Part shown: positions 37,732-47,695 of the stretch, piece by piece
Layout of the letters: each line of letters starts with the position of its first letter
Position numbering within the stretch: the first letter of the stretch is position 1
IMG/VR virus record: IMGVR_UViG_3300037851_000671
Coordinates: 154,773 to 218,772 of that record
From: a virus
Lineage: Duplodnaviria > Caudoviricetes
Reading direction: 5' to 3' (one strand)
DNA: 64,000 nt
Notes under the pieces: generated by a model
Database searches by the model: none
Told to the model about the DNA's origin: nothing
What the model saw: the letters and a program-made list of their open reading frames with translations, nothing else
Position numbers and translations under genes: made by a program

Positions 37732-38397
37732 TCAAGTGGGATTTAGTCTCAGTTTTTTAAGCCTTCTTTTTACCGAGTTACCGCTAACACCAATAACACG
37801 ACCGGTAGCAGAATATCCGCTGGCTTCAACCATTGAAACAAGATCATTATAACTAGGCCAAGCAATCTTACTTATGACTTTAAATTTCTTTTTGCATTCC
37901 GGTGTACAAAAGAAATGCTTAGCTTTGTTTGATGCGAATTTCCTAACCTCAATACCACACACCTCACAATTAACAATAATTGGTGGTTTTGCTTTGGTGA
38001 GTGGAACAAACTCTCTTAGTTTTGTTTGTTTCTCTATAAACAATGTCTCTGTGATTTCGTGGTGTAGCTCTGCATGACAATTACTACAAACCAAATCACA
38101 TTTGTCAATTTCTGTTTTTACTTTTTCCCACGACCTTGCCACAGAAGATGATATATGAAAATCCTTTTTATCTGGGTCTGTGTGGTGAAACTGTAAAGCG
38201 GCAACACACTTGTCATAACCACAGTGTATACACTTTCCGCCTTTATACTCTACAGCTTTTTTCTTGATATTTCTCCTGTACTGCGATACTGATACGCTGT
38301 TGTACAGGTTTCTTGCATTTTTTACTGGCATGAACCAATGCAAGATTATGCATACATACAACGTAAACCGTTGAGCTTTTGAGTCACGCACTAACAC
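37732..38397 (-). mobile_element. HNH homing endonuclease
   Basis: 'GGKCIHCGY..ALQFHH..KCDLVCSNCHAELH' plus Zn ribbon and C-terminal HTH. Confidence 0.85.
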
Positions 38398-38405
38398 TAT
38401 CTATA

Positions 38406-39230
38406 TCACTGGTTTTGTTTATCTATCAACGTCCAATGTATTTCCCTGCCGAAAGTTGGAGAAGATTTTACAAACCCTTCATTCTCAAAGCTTCTTAGCC
38501 AATAGTGGCATTTTGCCTGAGAACGATTAGTCTTTTCTTCGCCCATATACTTCAGTATATCTGTAACTGATTTGGCTCCGCCCCTCAAAGCAACCAGAAG
38601 TTTTTGCTTGAAACTTGGTTCCTCTGCCGGCTTTTCCACCTTCAGCACGAAAGGATAACGCTGATTCTTATCCACCCTCATGCTTGAATGACCAAGCACT
38701 CTCATCCTGTTGTAGAATTGAGATAGAGCAAGTATTTTGGTTTTTGAACTGTTGCACCATTCAACAAAAGCCACATATAGCTCAGGTGGCTTTACACCAA
38801 ATTGCTTCGTTTCCTCTGGCCCAAGATACTGAGCCTTCTCCTTCAGGAACATAGAAACAATGTCAACTTCTTTCACGGTGGTAGTGGCTGAGTTCTTTAG
38901 ACTATCAGCTTCATCCTGTGTTAGAGTTACATTGGGTATGTCTGGCTTCAATCCTTGAGCCTTGAAAATCTCTGTGTGCAAAATTGCATACACCAAACCA
39001 AGGACGGTCTTTTTGTACCACTCCAAAAACTCAGGTGAATTTGAGCACTTGTCTATAAATACAGCTTCCCAAACCTGATATGGTGCGGTTTGAGCGCCAT
39101 CAGGTGTTAGGTATGCTTCAGTACCCTCTCGAAGCTTTTCCCATATTTTGTTTGTGGTATCATCGGTCAACAGCAAAGGAGATGATGCCAGAAAGAACTC
39201 ACGAAGATTATTGGCTTCTTTGGTATCCAT
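38406..39230 (-). CDS. hypothetical protein with winged-helix-like C-terminus
   Basis: 274 aa; 'ELYVAFVEWC..LSQFYNRM' resembles primase/D5 C-terminal wHTH. Confidence 0.45.
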   Translation of the reverse strand: MDTKEANNLREFFLASSPLLLTDDTTNKIWEKLREGTEAYLTPDGAQTAPYQVWEAVFIDKCSNSPEFLEWYKKTVLGLVYAILHTEIFKAQGLKPDIPNVTLTQDEADSLKNSATTTVKEVDIVSMFLKEKAQYLGPEETKQFGVKPPELYVAFVEWCNSSKTKILALSQFYNRMRVLGHSSMRVDKNQRYPFVLKVEKPAEEPSFKQKLLVALRGGAKSVTDILKYMGEEKTNRSQAKCHYWLRSFENEGFVKSSPTFGREIHWTLIDKQNQ

Positions 39231-39233
39231 AAC

Positions 39234-39893
39234 TCAATCATCCACCATGTGTTGAGAGGTGTAGTCTTTCAGTATGCACACAAGAATCTGAGAATCAGTC
39301 AGGTCATCCCCATACTCATCCTTGGCCATAGAAATGGCCTCATGAATGATGCCGGCCTCTCTATGGGATACATCAAAAGAAAGACGGTTTTGCTTTTTCT
39401 TCTTCTTGGTTTTTTTGGGCCCGCTAAGAACCGCTTTAATCTCTTCTTTGGTAGCGTTTTTAGCAGCAGAAATCATTGCATCTAGATTATCAACACTGAC
39501 ATGCTTCATCAGCAATATCATCTTGTTGATATCTATGCTGTGTTTCTTTGGATCAAAAACACTAGCTAGCTCAATATAGTATTTGGAGTATACATCAGAC
39601 CACTTGCGGGCTCTCTTATACAGAATCCCAAGGTCCTGTGTGACATACTCTTCCCATGAATCATATCCACAGTAGGCAAAGAAAGGAATGGTTGTCCTAC
39701 CATCCTCTATGAATGCTACCCTGGTGTAGAACAAGCGCTGACACATCTCAAGGTCATTGCCAATATTTTCAGCAACAGCCTTTCTGATTTCAGAACGAAG
39801 ATTTTTGGCCTGACTGCGGGGAAGAGTCTCTTTGACAGGATCTAGAATCTTTTCACACGCTGACATGTTCTTGTTCTTTCTTTGAATCGCCAA
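39234..39893 (-). CDS. hypothetical protein (possible DNA-binding)
   Basis: 219 aa ORF. Confidence 0.5.
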   Translation of the reverse strand: MAIQRKNKNMSACEKILDPVKETLPRSQAKNLRSEIRKAVAENIGNDLEMCQRLFYTRVAFIEDGRTTIPFFAYCGYDSWEEYVTQDLGILYKRARKWSDVYSKYYIELASVFDPKKHSIDINKMILLMKHVSVDNLDAMISAAKNATKEEIKAVLSGPKKTKKKKKQNRLSFDVSHREAGIIHEAISMAKDEYGDDLTDSQILVCILKDYTSQHMVDD

Positions 39894-40548
39894 GCCAATT
39901 ACTGATCGCCGGAATGTGAGTGGCTAACAATATCCCTATGGATAGAAGACACCAAATTGCAGGTTGTTCATCCTTGTTACTTGATAATAGAAACATCAAC
40001 AAAGGTCCAAACAACGCGTGGTATAGTACAACCCTCCACGCCCCGTAAAACAACGGCACCACAAATGCCACAAAGATATAACTGAAATAATGCGGGTCTA
40101 GGTTTGATAACTGAAGCATCCAAGCTATGTGCCAGTTACCATGATAGGAACATGTCACCGCTCCACATATAGTCTGATCCGGTGGGCTACAGTTTGCCGG
40201 AAAACCAGGAAACATTAGCATTGACAACATAACCATCGTTGACAATGTACATGCCGATGCAATCATTCCCCAATGCTTCCATGCTTGAGGTTTGAATGAT
40301 AACGCAAACATATTAATGAAGAATGGCTGGAATGCAATGTGTATGTAACTTAGGATTGTCAATACGGTATTGTAGTCATTGCCGCATTTCCCAATCCACA
40401 TATAAGTAAACCCTTGCAAAGCTTCCATGCAGGAGAAGTATGCAAGGGGTAACCAACGGGCCGTGGGATGTTTGTAACGCGCTGAAAGATAAGCTCCAGC
40501 AAATCCAACTGTAGCTAGAGTGAAAGAAGCTTCACCTGACCAACACAT
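39853..40548 (-). CDS. multi-pass membrane protein (DUF5765-like)
   Basis: 'MCWSGEASF', several TM segments. Confidence 0.6.
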   Translation of the reverse strand: MCWSGEASFTLATVGFAGAYLSARYKHPTARWLPLAYFSCMEALQGFTYMWIGKCGNDYNTVLTILSYIHIAFQPFFINMFALSFKPQAWKHWGMIASACTLSTMVMLSMLMFPGFPANCSPPDQTICGAVTCSYHGNWHIAWMLQLSNLDPHYFSYIFVAFVVPLFYGAWRVVLYHALFGPLLMFLLSSNKDEQPAIWCLLSIGILLATHIPAISNWLGDSKKEQEHVSV

Positions 40549-40550
40549 AA

Positions 40551-40886
40551 TTACCTGGCAGATTCTTCAGCAGCTTTAATGAACTCTTCGTCAGTCGGTT
40601 CATGTAGGCCTGTCTTACCGGCTTGATCATATTTCTCTTTCAACTCATCGATATGATAGCAAATTGGAATTTCGTTTTCTCGCTCTATAATTACACGAGG
40701 GAGAGGGCCGCAGTTTTCATTGCAGCCAACATACTCGTATACCCTGATGAAAGAGATGTTGTTCTTTTTCAACAGTTCACATGCTTGTTGTTCAAGCGGT
40801 GTCATTGGTAACCCCGCCCGGATTCCAACCGGGACGCCATTTCTGGCGGCTGATTTTAAATCAGATGCGTCTGGCAATTCCGCCAC
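40551..40886 (-). CDS. hypothetical protein
   Basis: 111 aa ORF. Confidence 0.45.
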   Translation of the reverse strand: MAELPDASDLKSAARNGVPVGIRAGLPMTPLEQQACELLKKNNISFIRVYEYVGCNENCGPLPRVIIERENEIPICYHIDELKEKYDQAGKTGLHEPTDEEFIKAAEESAR

Positions 40887-40899
40887 GGGGTCATACTGT

Positions 40900-41331
40900 T
40901 CAAAACATCACTGTTAATGATGTCACAGGATTGCTTTTGTCATGGTTAACAGCTGAAATTTGTAACGTGCCATTTATGAAAGATTCGGCAAGCCACACAT
41001 TACCATCCTGATCGGTTAGGTTTTTGCCAACAATGTCATCGGTGGTTTCTGCTTTTAGAAACTGCCGCGTGCCAAAAGAACGGCTTTCAATTACCTTTAT
41101 CATTGGTGTATACTTCTCCCATTTAGGAACAATCTTTGGGCGATGTTCACAGTCCCAATTTTCACAAGGACCAGTAGTTACTCTTCCGAACTTTTCCCTT
41201 TGACCATCACAACAAACATCATAGGCGTAACACACATCACAGATCCAGCGTCCGTCCTCAGTCTTGGCGTGTGATAGATAGGAAGCTCCATCTTTACACG
41301 TATCACAAGGACAGAAATCGCAGAATCTCAT
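40900..41331 (-). CDS. Cys-rich hypothetical protein
   Basis: multiple CxxC. Confidence 0.45.
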   Translation of the reverse strand: MRFCDFCPCDTCKDGASYLSHAKTEDGRWICDVCYAYDVCCDGQREKFGRVTTGPCENWDCEHRPKIVPKWEKYTPMIKVIESRSFGTRQFLKAETTDDIVGKNLTDQDGNVWLAESFINGTLQISAVNHDKSNPVTSLTVMF

Positions 41332-41347
41332 GATGTCTTTTCTTGGG

Positions 41348-41421
41348 TGGGACCGGTGGGCTTCGATCCCACGACCTTGGAGTTAAAAGCTCCCTGCTCT
41401 GACCAACTGAGCTACGGACCC
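41348..41421 (-). tRNA. tRNA-Lys(TTT)
   Basis: loop CTTTTAA; T-loop ATCGAAG; one acceptor mismatch. Confidence 0.82.
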
Positions 41422-41509
41422 TAAATAGATCCGTAGTAAAAAAACCTCACGGATCTATCGTAAGTCAGGTTTCAAACGTTTGTAGAGAGCTATAATCATG
41501 TTAACCATT

Positions 41510-41585
41510 TGGTGCTGGAGACTGGCTTCGAACCAGCGACCGCACGCTTACAAGGCGTGTGCTCTACCAACTGAGCTACTCCAGC
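41510..41585 (-). tRNA. tRNA-Thr(TGT)
   Basis: loop CTTGTAA, encoded CCA. Confidence 0.92.
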
Positions 41586-41609
41586 ATATAGTTATGTGTG
41601 TTTATTGAC

Positions 41610-41684
41610 TGGTGTGGGATAACAGGATCGAACTGTTGGCCTCGGATGTGTAAAAACCGCGCTCCACCGCTGAGCTAATCCCGC
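41610..41684 (-). tRNA. tRNA-Val(TAC)
   Basis: loop TTTACAC, encoded CCA. Confidence 0.85.
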
Positions 41685-41881
41685 ATGTGTGATTTTTTGT
41701 GTGCAACGGAAACAATCTCTCGACCTATTTCGCAATTGACACTTGAAAATATACAGACCTATTAGTAGAAACCGATTATTTAAACGCCCTTCTCAAAAAC
41801 AAACCCAAGCCTCCAAGCAAAGGCAGCAGCATGGGGAGATTCATGAAAGCATCATGAAGAGGATTTCCACAGCAATGCATT

Positions 41882-42325
41882 TCAATCTAGACCATTCTTT
41901 TTGAGTTGGTGTGTTTTCCTGGCCCACTGGAAATATAGAAGAACCCAATGCCATTCTTTTGAATCGAAGCCAGCCTTGTCATCGATAAGAACGGAGAAGT
42001 ATGGTTTCACATCAAAACAACCAGTAAGCGTATTTTTGACCGGCGTTTCATTTACGCTCTTGAAATTCACACCAAGAGCAGATAGTTTGTCAGTATATTT
42101 GGGATAGTCTTTCTCATAGCAGCAGGTCCAAAGAACGAGATGAACCTCTGGCATTTTGGATAGCTCGCGCAAAGTGGCGATAGCTTGAGGATAGAAAATA
42201 ACCTCGGCATCTTTGTACGTTGACTCGGCTATTGTATCATGGACATCAACCATGACATAGATGGTATCCCAGCCACGGTCAACGGCGGTCTTATACGCTT
42301 TCTCTATAGATCGTTCAAGACTCAT
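41882..42325 (-). CDS. HAD-like phage protein
   Basis: 'VDVHDTI', 'LVLWT', 'LIDDKAGF'. Confidence 0.6.
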   Translation of the reverse strand: MSLERSIEKAYKTAVDRGWDTIYVMVDVHDTIAESTYKDAEVIFYPQAIATLRELSKMPEVHLVLWTCCYEKDYPKYTDKLSALGVNFKSVNETPVKNTLTGCFDVKPYFSVLIDDKAGFDSKEWHWVLLYFQWARKTHQLKKNGLD

Positions 42326-42332
42326 AATTTAG

Positions 42333-42416
42333 TGCGCAAGGTAGGATTTGAACCTACACGCCCTTACAGGCAGCGAGTTTTGAGCCCGCCGCGTCTGCCA
42401 ATTCCGCCACTTGCGC
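42333..42416 (-). tRNA. tRNA-Leu(CAA)
   Basis: loop CTCAAAA, long variable arm. Confidence 0.92.
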
Positions 42417-42428
42417 TTTGTGAAGAGA

Positions 42429-42674
42429 TCAACTCTTGAGTTTTTCTTTCAGCTCTTCTACCCTTGAGGTCAGTGTTTTTATTACTTCTACAGAGGCCGC
42501 TTGAGCCATTTGCAGCTGCTCAATTTTTTCCACCTCAGGCTTCTCATTGTACACCTGATTAAGACATTGGCAGAAGTAGTTGGTATCAGACGGCAGGATA
42601 CGCTCCCCCGTCTTATTGTCAACGATGACTTTCTTACCGTCAACCACAATCACGGAGAAGCGATCCACCATCAT
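42429..42674 (-). CDS. hypothetical protein
   Basis: 81 aa ORF. Confidence 0.45.
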   Translation of the reverse strand: MMVDRFSVIVVDGKKVIVDNKTGERILPSDTNYFCQCLNQVYNEKPEVEKIEQLQMAQAASVEVIKTLTSRVEELKEKLKS

Positions 42675-42688
42675 ATCATACCACCTTG

Positions 42689-43084
42689 CTACACAGCCCG
42701 CTCAACAGCTACTTCATTATCGAACTCAACATCACGCAAACCATAGTTGATGATCACGGGCTCGCTGTATGTGGTTGATTTCATCCACTTAGGAATATAT
42801 CCCTCATGGTTTGAAAGAAGAAGCTGAAGTGCCTTGTTAAAAGCCTCTCTGATATGTCCACGCATATCAAATGTAACTTTGACGGTGCGAAGGTGGGCCA
42901 ATCGCTTCTCGGCAATCATACGCCCTTTAGCTTTGACAAACTGGTCTACAGGAGAGCAGAAAGAAAAAGCAGCTACATGCGTCTGAGGATTGGCGTCTTT
43001 ATTGGGACGCAACATCGCCACTGTTACATACCCTAGACGGTCATAGCCAGGAACAATCACCCTGAAATATCCAAACTTAGTCAT
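42689..43084 (-). CDS. hypothetical phage protein
   Basis: 'FSFCSPVDQFVKAKGRMIA' motif. Confidence 0.5.
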   Translation of the reverse strand: MTKFGYFRVIVPGYDRLGYVTVAMLRPNKDANPQTHVAAFSFCSPVDQFVKAKGRMIAEKRLAHLRTVKVTFDMRGHIREAFNKALQLLLSNHEGYIPKWMKSTTYSEPVIINYGLRDVEFDNEVAVERAV

Positions 43085-43121
43085 GTTGATTTCTCTTTGT
43101 TGTTTCTTTGTTGAGGGTTAG

Positions 43122-43192
43122 AATCCACTGTCAGATTTGAACTGACATCTTCACCAATACCATAGGTGGCTCTACCGTTGAGCTAAGTGGAT
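43122..43192 (-). tRNA. atypical tRNA, probably Thr(GGT)
   Basis: good acceptor, D and T arms; anticodon arm lacks position 26 and has a 4-bp stem. Confidence 0.55.
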
Positions 43193-43503
43193 GTGAAATA
43201 AGTAAACCACAAGCTTTCTTTTACCAGATTTCTTGCATGTTCTGTCACACGATCTGCAAAACCCTGGATAACTTTCTCGTCAAATGATTCGGCTGGCACA
43301 AACTCACGGATAGTAAGTAGTGGACCGCTCCAGTCAGGTATTTCAGATCCAAGAAGTTTTAGAGTACATGCCACTCTAATTCTCTGTTCATCGTATCGGC
43401 TACTCTCTATGAAACACTCGAAAGGAAAACGCTCTGCATGAGCTTTTAGATAATCACCATTACCTTTGAGTGGTATTTCTTTTCCAAATACAGTTATTGT
43501 CAT
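43183..43503 (-). CDS. hypothetical protein
   Basis: 106 aa ORF. Confidence 0.45.
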   Translation of the reverse strand: MTITVFGKEIPLKGNGDYLKAHAERFPFECFIESSRYDEQRIRVACTLKLLGSEIPDWSGPLLTIREFVPAESFDEKVIQGFADRVTEHARNLVKESLWFTYFTST

Positions 43504-44261
43504 TTTAGTCTTTCAACCATGAGCTGATAATACTCTGGTTCTTTCTCTACCATAATGTATTTACGTCCAAGTTTCTTTGCAGCTAGGGCAGTGCTTCCGC
43601 TACCAGCAAAGAGGTCTAATACATATTCCCCAGGCATGGAGTGTGTCTCGATCAGAATCTCACTCAGTCTGATAGGTTTTTCAGTGGGATGAACTTTGCC
43701 ACGCATTATTTCGGTGACATCTGTCCACACATTTGTTCTGCGCTTGAATTCAGACTTTGCCGGGTATTTTTTATTGTAGCCTGGGTAACCTCTCTTTTCT
43801 TCTAGGAGAGGGATGTTGAACACTCTTGGTTTCTCACCGTAAACAAGCCAAGCCAATTCTTCTCTGGTGAAGAGATAGTCATTGCTTTTTCCGTAGGCTC
43901 GTTTTTTGGACCAAGTGATTACGTTACGAATTCTTAGGTGAGTTTCTTTCTCAACTTTAGAAAGAAACTCAAACCATACACGGTTCATGTGTGTACCAAT
44001 GCCGCCCCACATGAACGCGCTACCACCATCAACCAGTAAGCTTTCGCATAGAGCTGCCCATTTGATGTAGTCTTGGGCAGTGACATCTTTATCCCAATCC
44101 TCGTCTACAATATCGCCGTATGGAGGATCGGTCACAATGAGTTCAACACGTTCTATACCAATTAGTTCTTTGATGAGATCGCGAACATCATTGTGAACGG
44201 TAGCATCACCATTTATGATGAGATTACCGTCATAGTTGGTGTAGTCCATCTTCTGCCACAA
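43500..44261 (-). CDS. DNA N6-adenine/N4-cytosine methyltransferase (beta type)
   Basis: 'VTDPPY', 'HPTEKP', 'VLDLFAGSGST'. Confidence 0.9.
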   Translation of the reverse strand: MWQKMDYTNYDGNLIINGDATVHNDVRDLIKELIGIERVELIVTDPPYGDIVDEDWDKDVTAQDYIKWAALCESLLVDGGSAFMWGGIGTHMNRVWFEFLSKVEKETHLRIRNVITWSKKRAYGKSNDYLFTREELAWLVYGEKPRVFNIPLLEEKRGYPGYNKKYPAKSEFKRRTNVWTDVTEIMRGKVHPTEKPIRLSEILIETHSMPGEYVLDLFAGSGSTALAAKKLGRKYIMVEKEPEYYQLMVERLK

Positions 44262-44664
44262 GCTCTTTTCTAATATCCATCAATATACGGCCGAGATAGT
44301 TTGAGCCTTTTCCGTTACACACTCCCCAGAATGTATCGTTCCATTCATTGAGTTCAACCAGCTCTTCATCACCGATATCGAGGAGCTTTTGCTTCAGTTC
44401 GGGGATTGCGAATTTCAGGCGCAGAATATTTCTCATTACATCAAGGCGTATTGCTGTCCAATCATCTCTAACAGCAATGACCTTACCAAGACGTTTGGCG
44501 TCTGAGGCTGTTTTGGACAGTCTTATACGTTCTCTATCAAAGTCATCTACGGCTTTGGCAGCTTGAAATGCATGTTCGCTGGATTTGTACTCAAGCCCAT
44601 TGTACACCAAAACGCATGGGTAGAAGTTTGAAAGGAAAAATAATTTGCCAGAAAAACTTCCCAT
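44230..44664 (-). CDS. NADAR-family protein
   Basis: 'FLSNFY', 'SSEHAFQAAK', 'AKRLG', 'LRLKF', 'WNDTFWG', 'NYLGRILM'. Confidence 0.9.
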   Translation of the reverse strand: MGSFSGKLFFLSNFYPCVLVYNGLEYKSSEHAFQAAKAVDDFDRERIRLSKTASDAKRLGKVIAVRDDWTAIRLDVMRNILRLKFAIPELKQKLLDIGDEELVELNEWNDTFWGVCNGKGSNYLGRILMDIRKELVAEDGLHQL

Positions 44665-44713
44665 ATAGGATGTCCACTTGTACCTTTTGAGGTGCCCACT
44701 CGCACTTGAAAAG

Positions 44714-44786
44714 TGCCCACTATTGGATTTGAACCAACAATCTCATCTTTACGAAAGATTTGCGCTACCAATTACGCCAAGCGGGC
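44714..44786 (-). tRNA. tRNA-Thr(CGT)
   Basis: loop TTCGTAA. Confidence 0.87.
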
Positions 44787-44795
44787 ATGAGAGTG

Positions 44796-45122
44796 TTATA
44801 CTTTTTTGTATATGTTAGGTGTTGTATTTAGAACACCATCAGCGGCGGCAAGAATGCCATAATCACCATTTGGCCATGTCACAACTATGAGGCGTATATC
44901 ACAATCATCTCCCATAATTGATTTTACCGACGTGACAGCAGAAGCCTTGGAGTTCTCTAGATTTTTGTCATGAATTCTGGTAATAAAAACAGTGTTATCA
45001 AATACTCTTGTTTCGGGAAGCGATGAAATCGTCACAAAAGGCTCAGGCATATCTCGTGTGAAAGAGATCACCTCATCATCAGCGATATTGATGTTTGTTT
45101 GATTTACAATTGTTTTGTGCAT
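44796..45122 (-). CDS. hypothetical protein
   Basis: 108 aa ORF. Confidence 0.4.
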   Translation of the reverse strand: MHKTIVNQTNINIADDEVISFTRDMPEPFVTISSLPETRVFDNTVFITRIHDKNLENSKASAVTSVKSIMGDDCDIRLIVVTWPNGDYGILAAADGVLNTTPNIYKKV

Positions 45123-45197
45123 GGCATCCTGGGAGGGACTTGAACCCCCAACGTTCGATTTAGAAAAACGATACTCTATCCATTGAGCTACCAGGAC
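45122..45197 (-). tRNA. tRNA-Arg(TCT)
   Basis: loop TTTCTAA, encoded CCA. Confidence 0.87.
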
Positions 45198-45201
45198 GTT
45201 G

Positions 45202-45283
45202 CACCCCCGGCAGGATTCGAACCTACGGTGAGTTTCCTCGGAAGATTAGAAATCTTCTGCCTTATCCACTAGGCTACGGGGGC
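45202..45283 (-). tRNA. tRNA-Arg(TCT) with an extra variable-arm hairpin
   Basis: loop TTTCTAA; variable region contains GAG-GAAA-CTC. Confidence 0.8.
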
Positions 45284-45291
45284 GTTGTCTT

Positions 45292-45681
45292 TTACAGTAT
45301 CAGACCGCTTTTTGGAGGCGGTGGAACTTTTCTTGCTATCGTCAGGCCTTCTTTATTGGCCCTGTTTTGAATCATCTGTTCTTGAATCTCTTGAATCATG
45401 GCATCATACTTTCTGCCACGATCAGGCATGTCATTGAAGAACCTGACGTTATCAATAGCGACAGTAACGTCTACAGCGTCCTCTTCGGCATCCACAGGAA
45501 CCATGGTGTTCTTGTGCAAACCGATGGGCCCATTCTGAGTCATTACCATGAACATATCACAGCGCAACTCATAAGCTTTTTCAACTGTCACGACCGTATT
45601 TGGAACAGCGCCATCAGGAACCATTCCAACAAGACGACGATTTCCAGAATTTACAATTGCCATCATTTTATCTTGAGACAT
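45292..45681 (-). CDS. hypothetical protein
   Basis: start taken at MSQDK because the longer track ORF runs into tRNA-Ser. Confidence 0.5.
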   Translation of the reverse strand: MSQDKMMAIVNSGNRRLVGMVPDGAVPNTVVTVEKAYELRCDMFMVMTQNGPIGLHKNTMVPVDAEEDAVDVTVAIDNVRFFNDMPDRGRKYDAMIQEIQEQMIQNRANKEGLTIARKVPPPPKSGLIL

Positions 45682-45696
45682 AACATATACCTTTCG

Positions 45697-45783
45697 AGGA
45701 AGGCAGTGGTCCCGCCCCACAAACCCGTTAAGGTTCATTCGGTGTTCAAAGCCGATCCAGTGCGCTTGTCTGGTTTACCTTCC
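45697..45783 (-). tRNA. tRNA-Ser(TGA) with non-canonical T-loop GGCGGGA
   Basis: acceptor GGAAGGT/GCCTTCC, D-stem CCAG/CTGG, loop TTTGAAC, variable arm AACC/GGTT. Confidence 0.7.
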
Positions 45784-46249
45784 ATGTTCATTTTCTTATG
45801 TTCTACTGTGTGACAATTAGGACAAACAAGTCTAAGGTTTTCTAATTCATCTGATCCTCCGTCACAGCGCCTAATAATGTGATGTATTTCTAGTATATCA
45901 ACATTATCAAGTTTACAAAACTCACAGAGCGCGCCCCCTTTCTGTTATCAGCCTTTGTTTAAGAATTCTTCTTGTTACAACCTTGTTTTTTGTTGGTGCC
46001 CCTGCGTTATTGTATTTGATACCTATTCTTGATTTGTTAGCACAAGCCCTGCTACACGTGTTTTTGTTCAGCCCTTTTTTGAACTGTGTACCGCATATAG
46101 CACATGAAACCATGATTGTGCGGCTTTTGCCATAACAAGCTTTGCTACAATAACACTTACCACTTTCAAGTTCTTTGCTTCGTTTGTAGGTTGGCTTACC
46201 ACAAAATTTACAAGTGCAATTGGGGTTTTCTTGTAAATTTTTCTGGCAT
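45735..46249 (-). pseudogene. HNH endonuclease with two frameshifts
   Basis: pieces MPEKFTRKP / NCTCKFCG..CSKAC..CAICG..CSRAC / CEFCK..LEIHHI..NLRLVCPNCH lie in different frames. Confidence 0.75.
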
Positions 46250-46277
46250 TGGACTCGGTCAACCTTCCGTTATCATA

Positions 46278-47321
46278 TCAAAGACCTACCCTTATGCCTA
46301 GATATAACCCGATGTCTCCATTAAAACCAGCAGAAACGGATGGTCCTACTTGTAAATTCTGGATTAGTGGTATGTTGGCATCATGTAGGTTGTAATTGAC
46401 AGGGGATAGAAAAACAGTCCCTTCTTTGGTTTGAGTTGCGTATCCAAGGCCAACAGTCAAGAAGCTGAACGTTGGATTAGCCTTTGTTTTCCCATAGCTT
46501 AGAAGACTAATACCCAAACCAGGCATTAGCTCAGCCGTCCATTTGTTGGCAACCAACCCTACATCTGTAGAGAGGTAAAGCCGAGGATCAAAACGGAAAG
46601 CAGAATCCGGATATTCTTCTTTGAGCTGTGCCTGAATCGGAACAGAATAGGTTTTATCGCCAACCTTGATGTTGAATTTACTATAGGCGAAGTGGCGGCC
46701 CTCTTCGTCCTGGCCAAGCACTGTAACAGACTGGTAGCTGCGAGGCAAGATCTGAAGCGTCCAAGGCTTCTCGGCCTTCACGTCAAAGCCAACCTCTCCA
46801 AACGGCACTGCTGTCTTGTCACTCATCGGTTCGTCAAGGCGAAGATACTGAATGTTAGCCAGATAATCTTGGGGAACCTGACAATCTCCGCAAGGTATAT
46901 TAACAAATGTTGGAGGTTTTACAGTACCACCATTGTTGGCGCCCACTCCAGAAGATCCGTTATTCACAACAGGTCTTGGGCCTTGGTTTGTGGAAGCAAT
47001 ACCAGTCCCATTGAACCCTGGTGTATAGGCCGTAACAACATTTAGAGCTTTTACATCAGCTCCAAGAATTGCCATATCGTCTTTGATCTTCTTAAGATCA
47101 AGACCATTTTGTTTTATGATTGTTTCAAGGTCCTTCTTTGTGATGTAAGAAGCCTGAGAACGAACCAAGTTATCACCGAGGTCTTTGCTTTCAACAACGC
47201 TCTTCTCAATTACCCGAAGGCGCGCAATCATATCGTATTGTACCTTGATAATAACTACAAGGATTGATAGTACAAGAATTACAACACCACCTATAATTGC
47301 TTTGGTTTTCCAAGAGTCCAT
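46278..47321 (-). CDS. membrane-anchored protein with coiled coil and beta-rich C-terminus
   Basis: N-terminal TM segment; C-terminal beta-strand pattern. Confidence 0.5.
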   Translation of the reverse strand: MDSWKTKAIIGGVVILVLSILVVIIKVQYDMIARLRVIEKSVVESKDLGDNLVRSQASYITKKDLETIIKQNGLDLKKIKDDMAILGADVKALNVVTAYTPGFNGTGIASTNQGPRPVVNNGSSGVGANNGGTVKPPTFVNIPCGDCQVPQDYLANIQYLRLDEPMSDKTAVPFGEVGFDVKAEKPWTLQILPRSYQSVTVLGQDEEGRHFAYSKFNIKVGDKTYSVPIQAQLKEEYPDSAFRFDPRLYLSTDVGLVANKWTAELMPGLGISLLSYGKTKANPTFSFLTVGLGYATQTKEGTVFLSPVNYNLHDANIPLIQNLQVGPSVSAGFNGDIGLYLGIRVGL

Positions 47322-47681
47322 TTATTCTTCATCTTCCTCTTCAATGATAGGGGTTCCGAACGGCGGAGATGGTTTGGTTGGAATATCCGAATATCGAAAA
47401 GTATCCCTATCAAAGAAATCTACTTCAGTATCTCGCTTGCTATTACGTGATGTTTTTCCAACAAGGTTTCTCGACGACAAATCTCTTGGCAACAGAGGAG
47501 GCTTTGGCAGAGGGGGAGGTTTCAGAGCCTCCCCTTTCTGTTTTTTAAGTAGAGCGATAACCGCATCAAGAAGATCTTGCTCTTCAGGCCGAAGAGTACC
47601 ATCAGAATCTCTAAGTATTCTTCTGGCCCATCTATCAGCGGCAACAAGAACATTATGCACCAGCCTTACATCATCGCCCAT
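47322..47681 (-). CDS. hypothetical protein
   Basis: 119 aa ORF. Confidence 0.45.
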   Translation of the reverse strand: MGDDVRLVHNVLVAADRWARRILRDSDGTLRPEEQDLLDAVIALLKKQKGEALKPPPLPKPPLLPRDLSSRNLVGKTSRNSKRDTEVDFFDRDTFRYSDIPTKPSPPFGTPIIEEEDEE

Positions 47682-47695
47682 ATATCAATACGACA

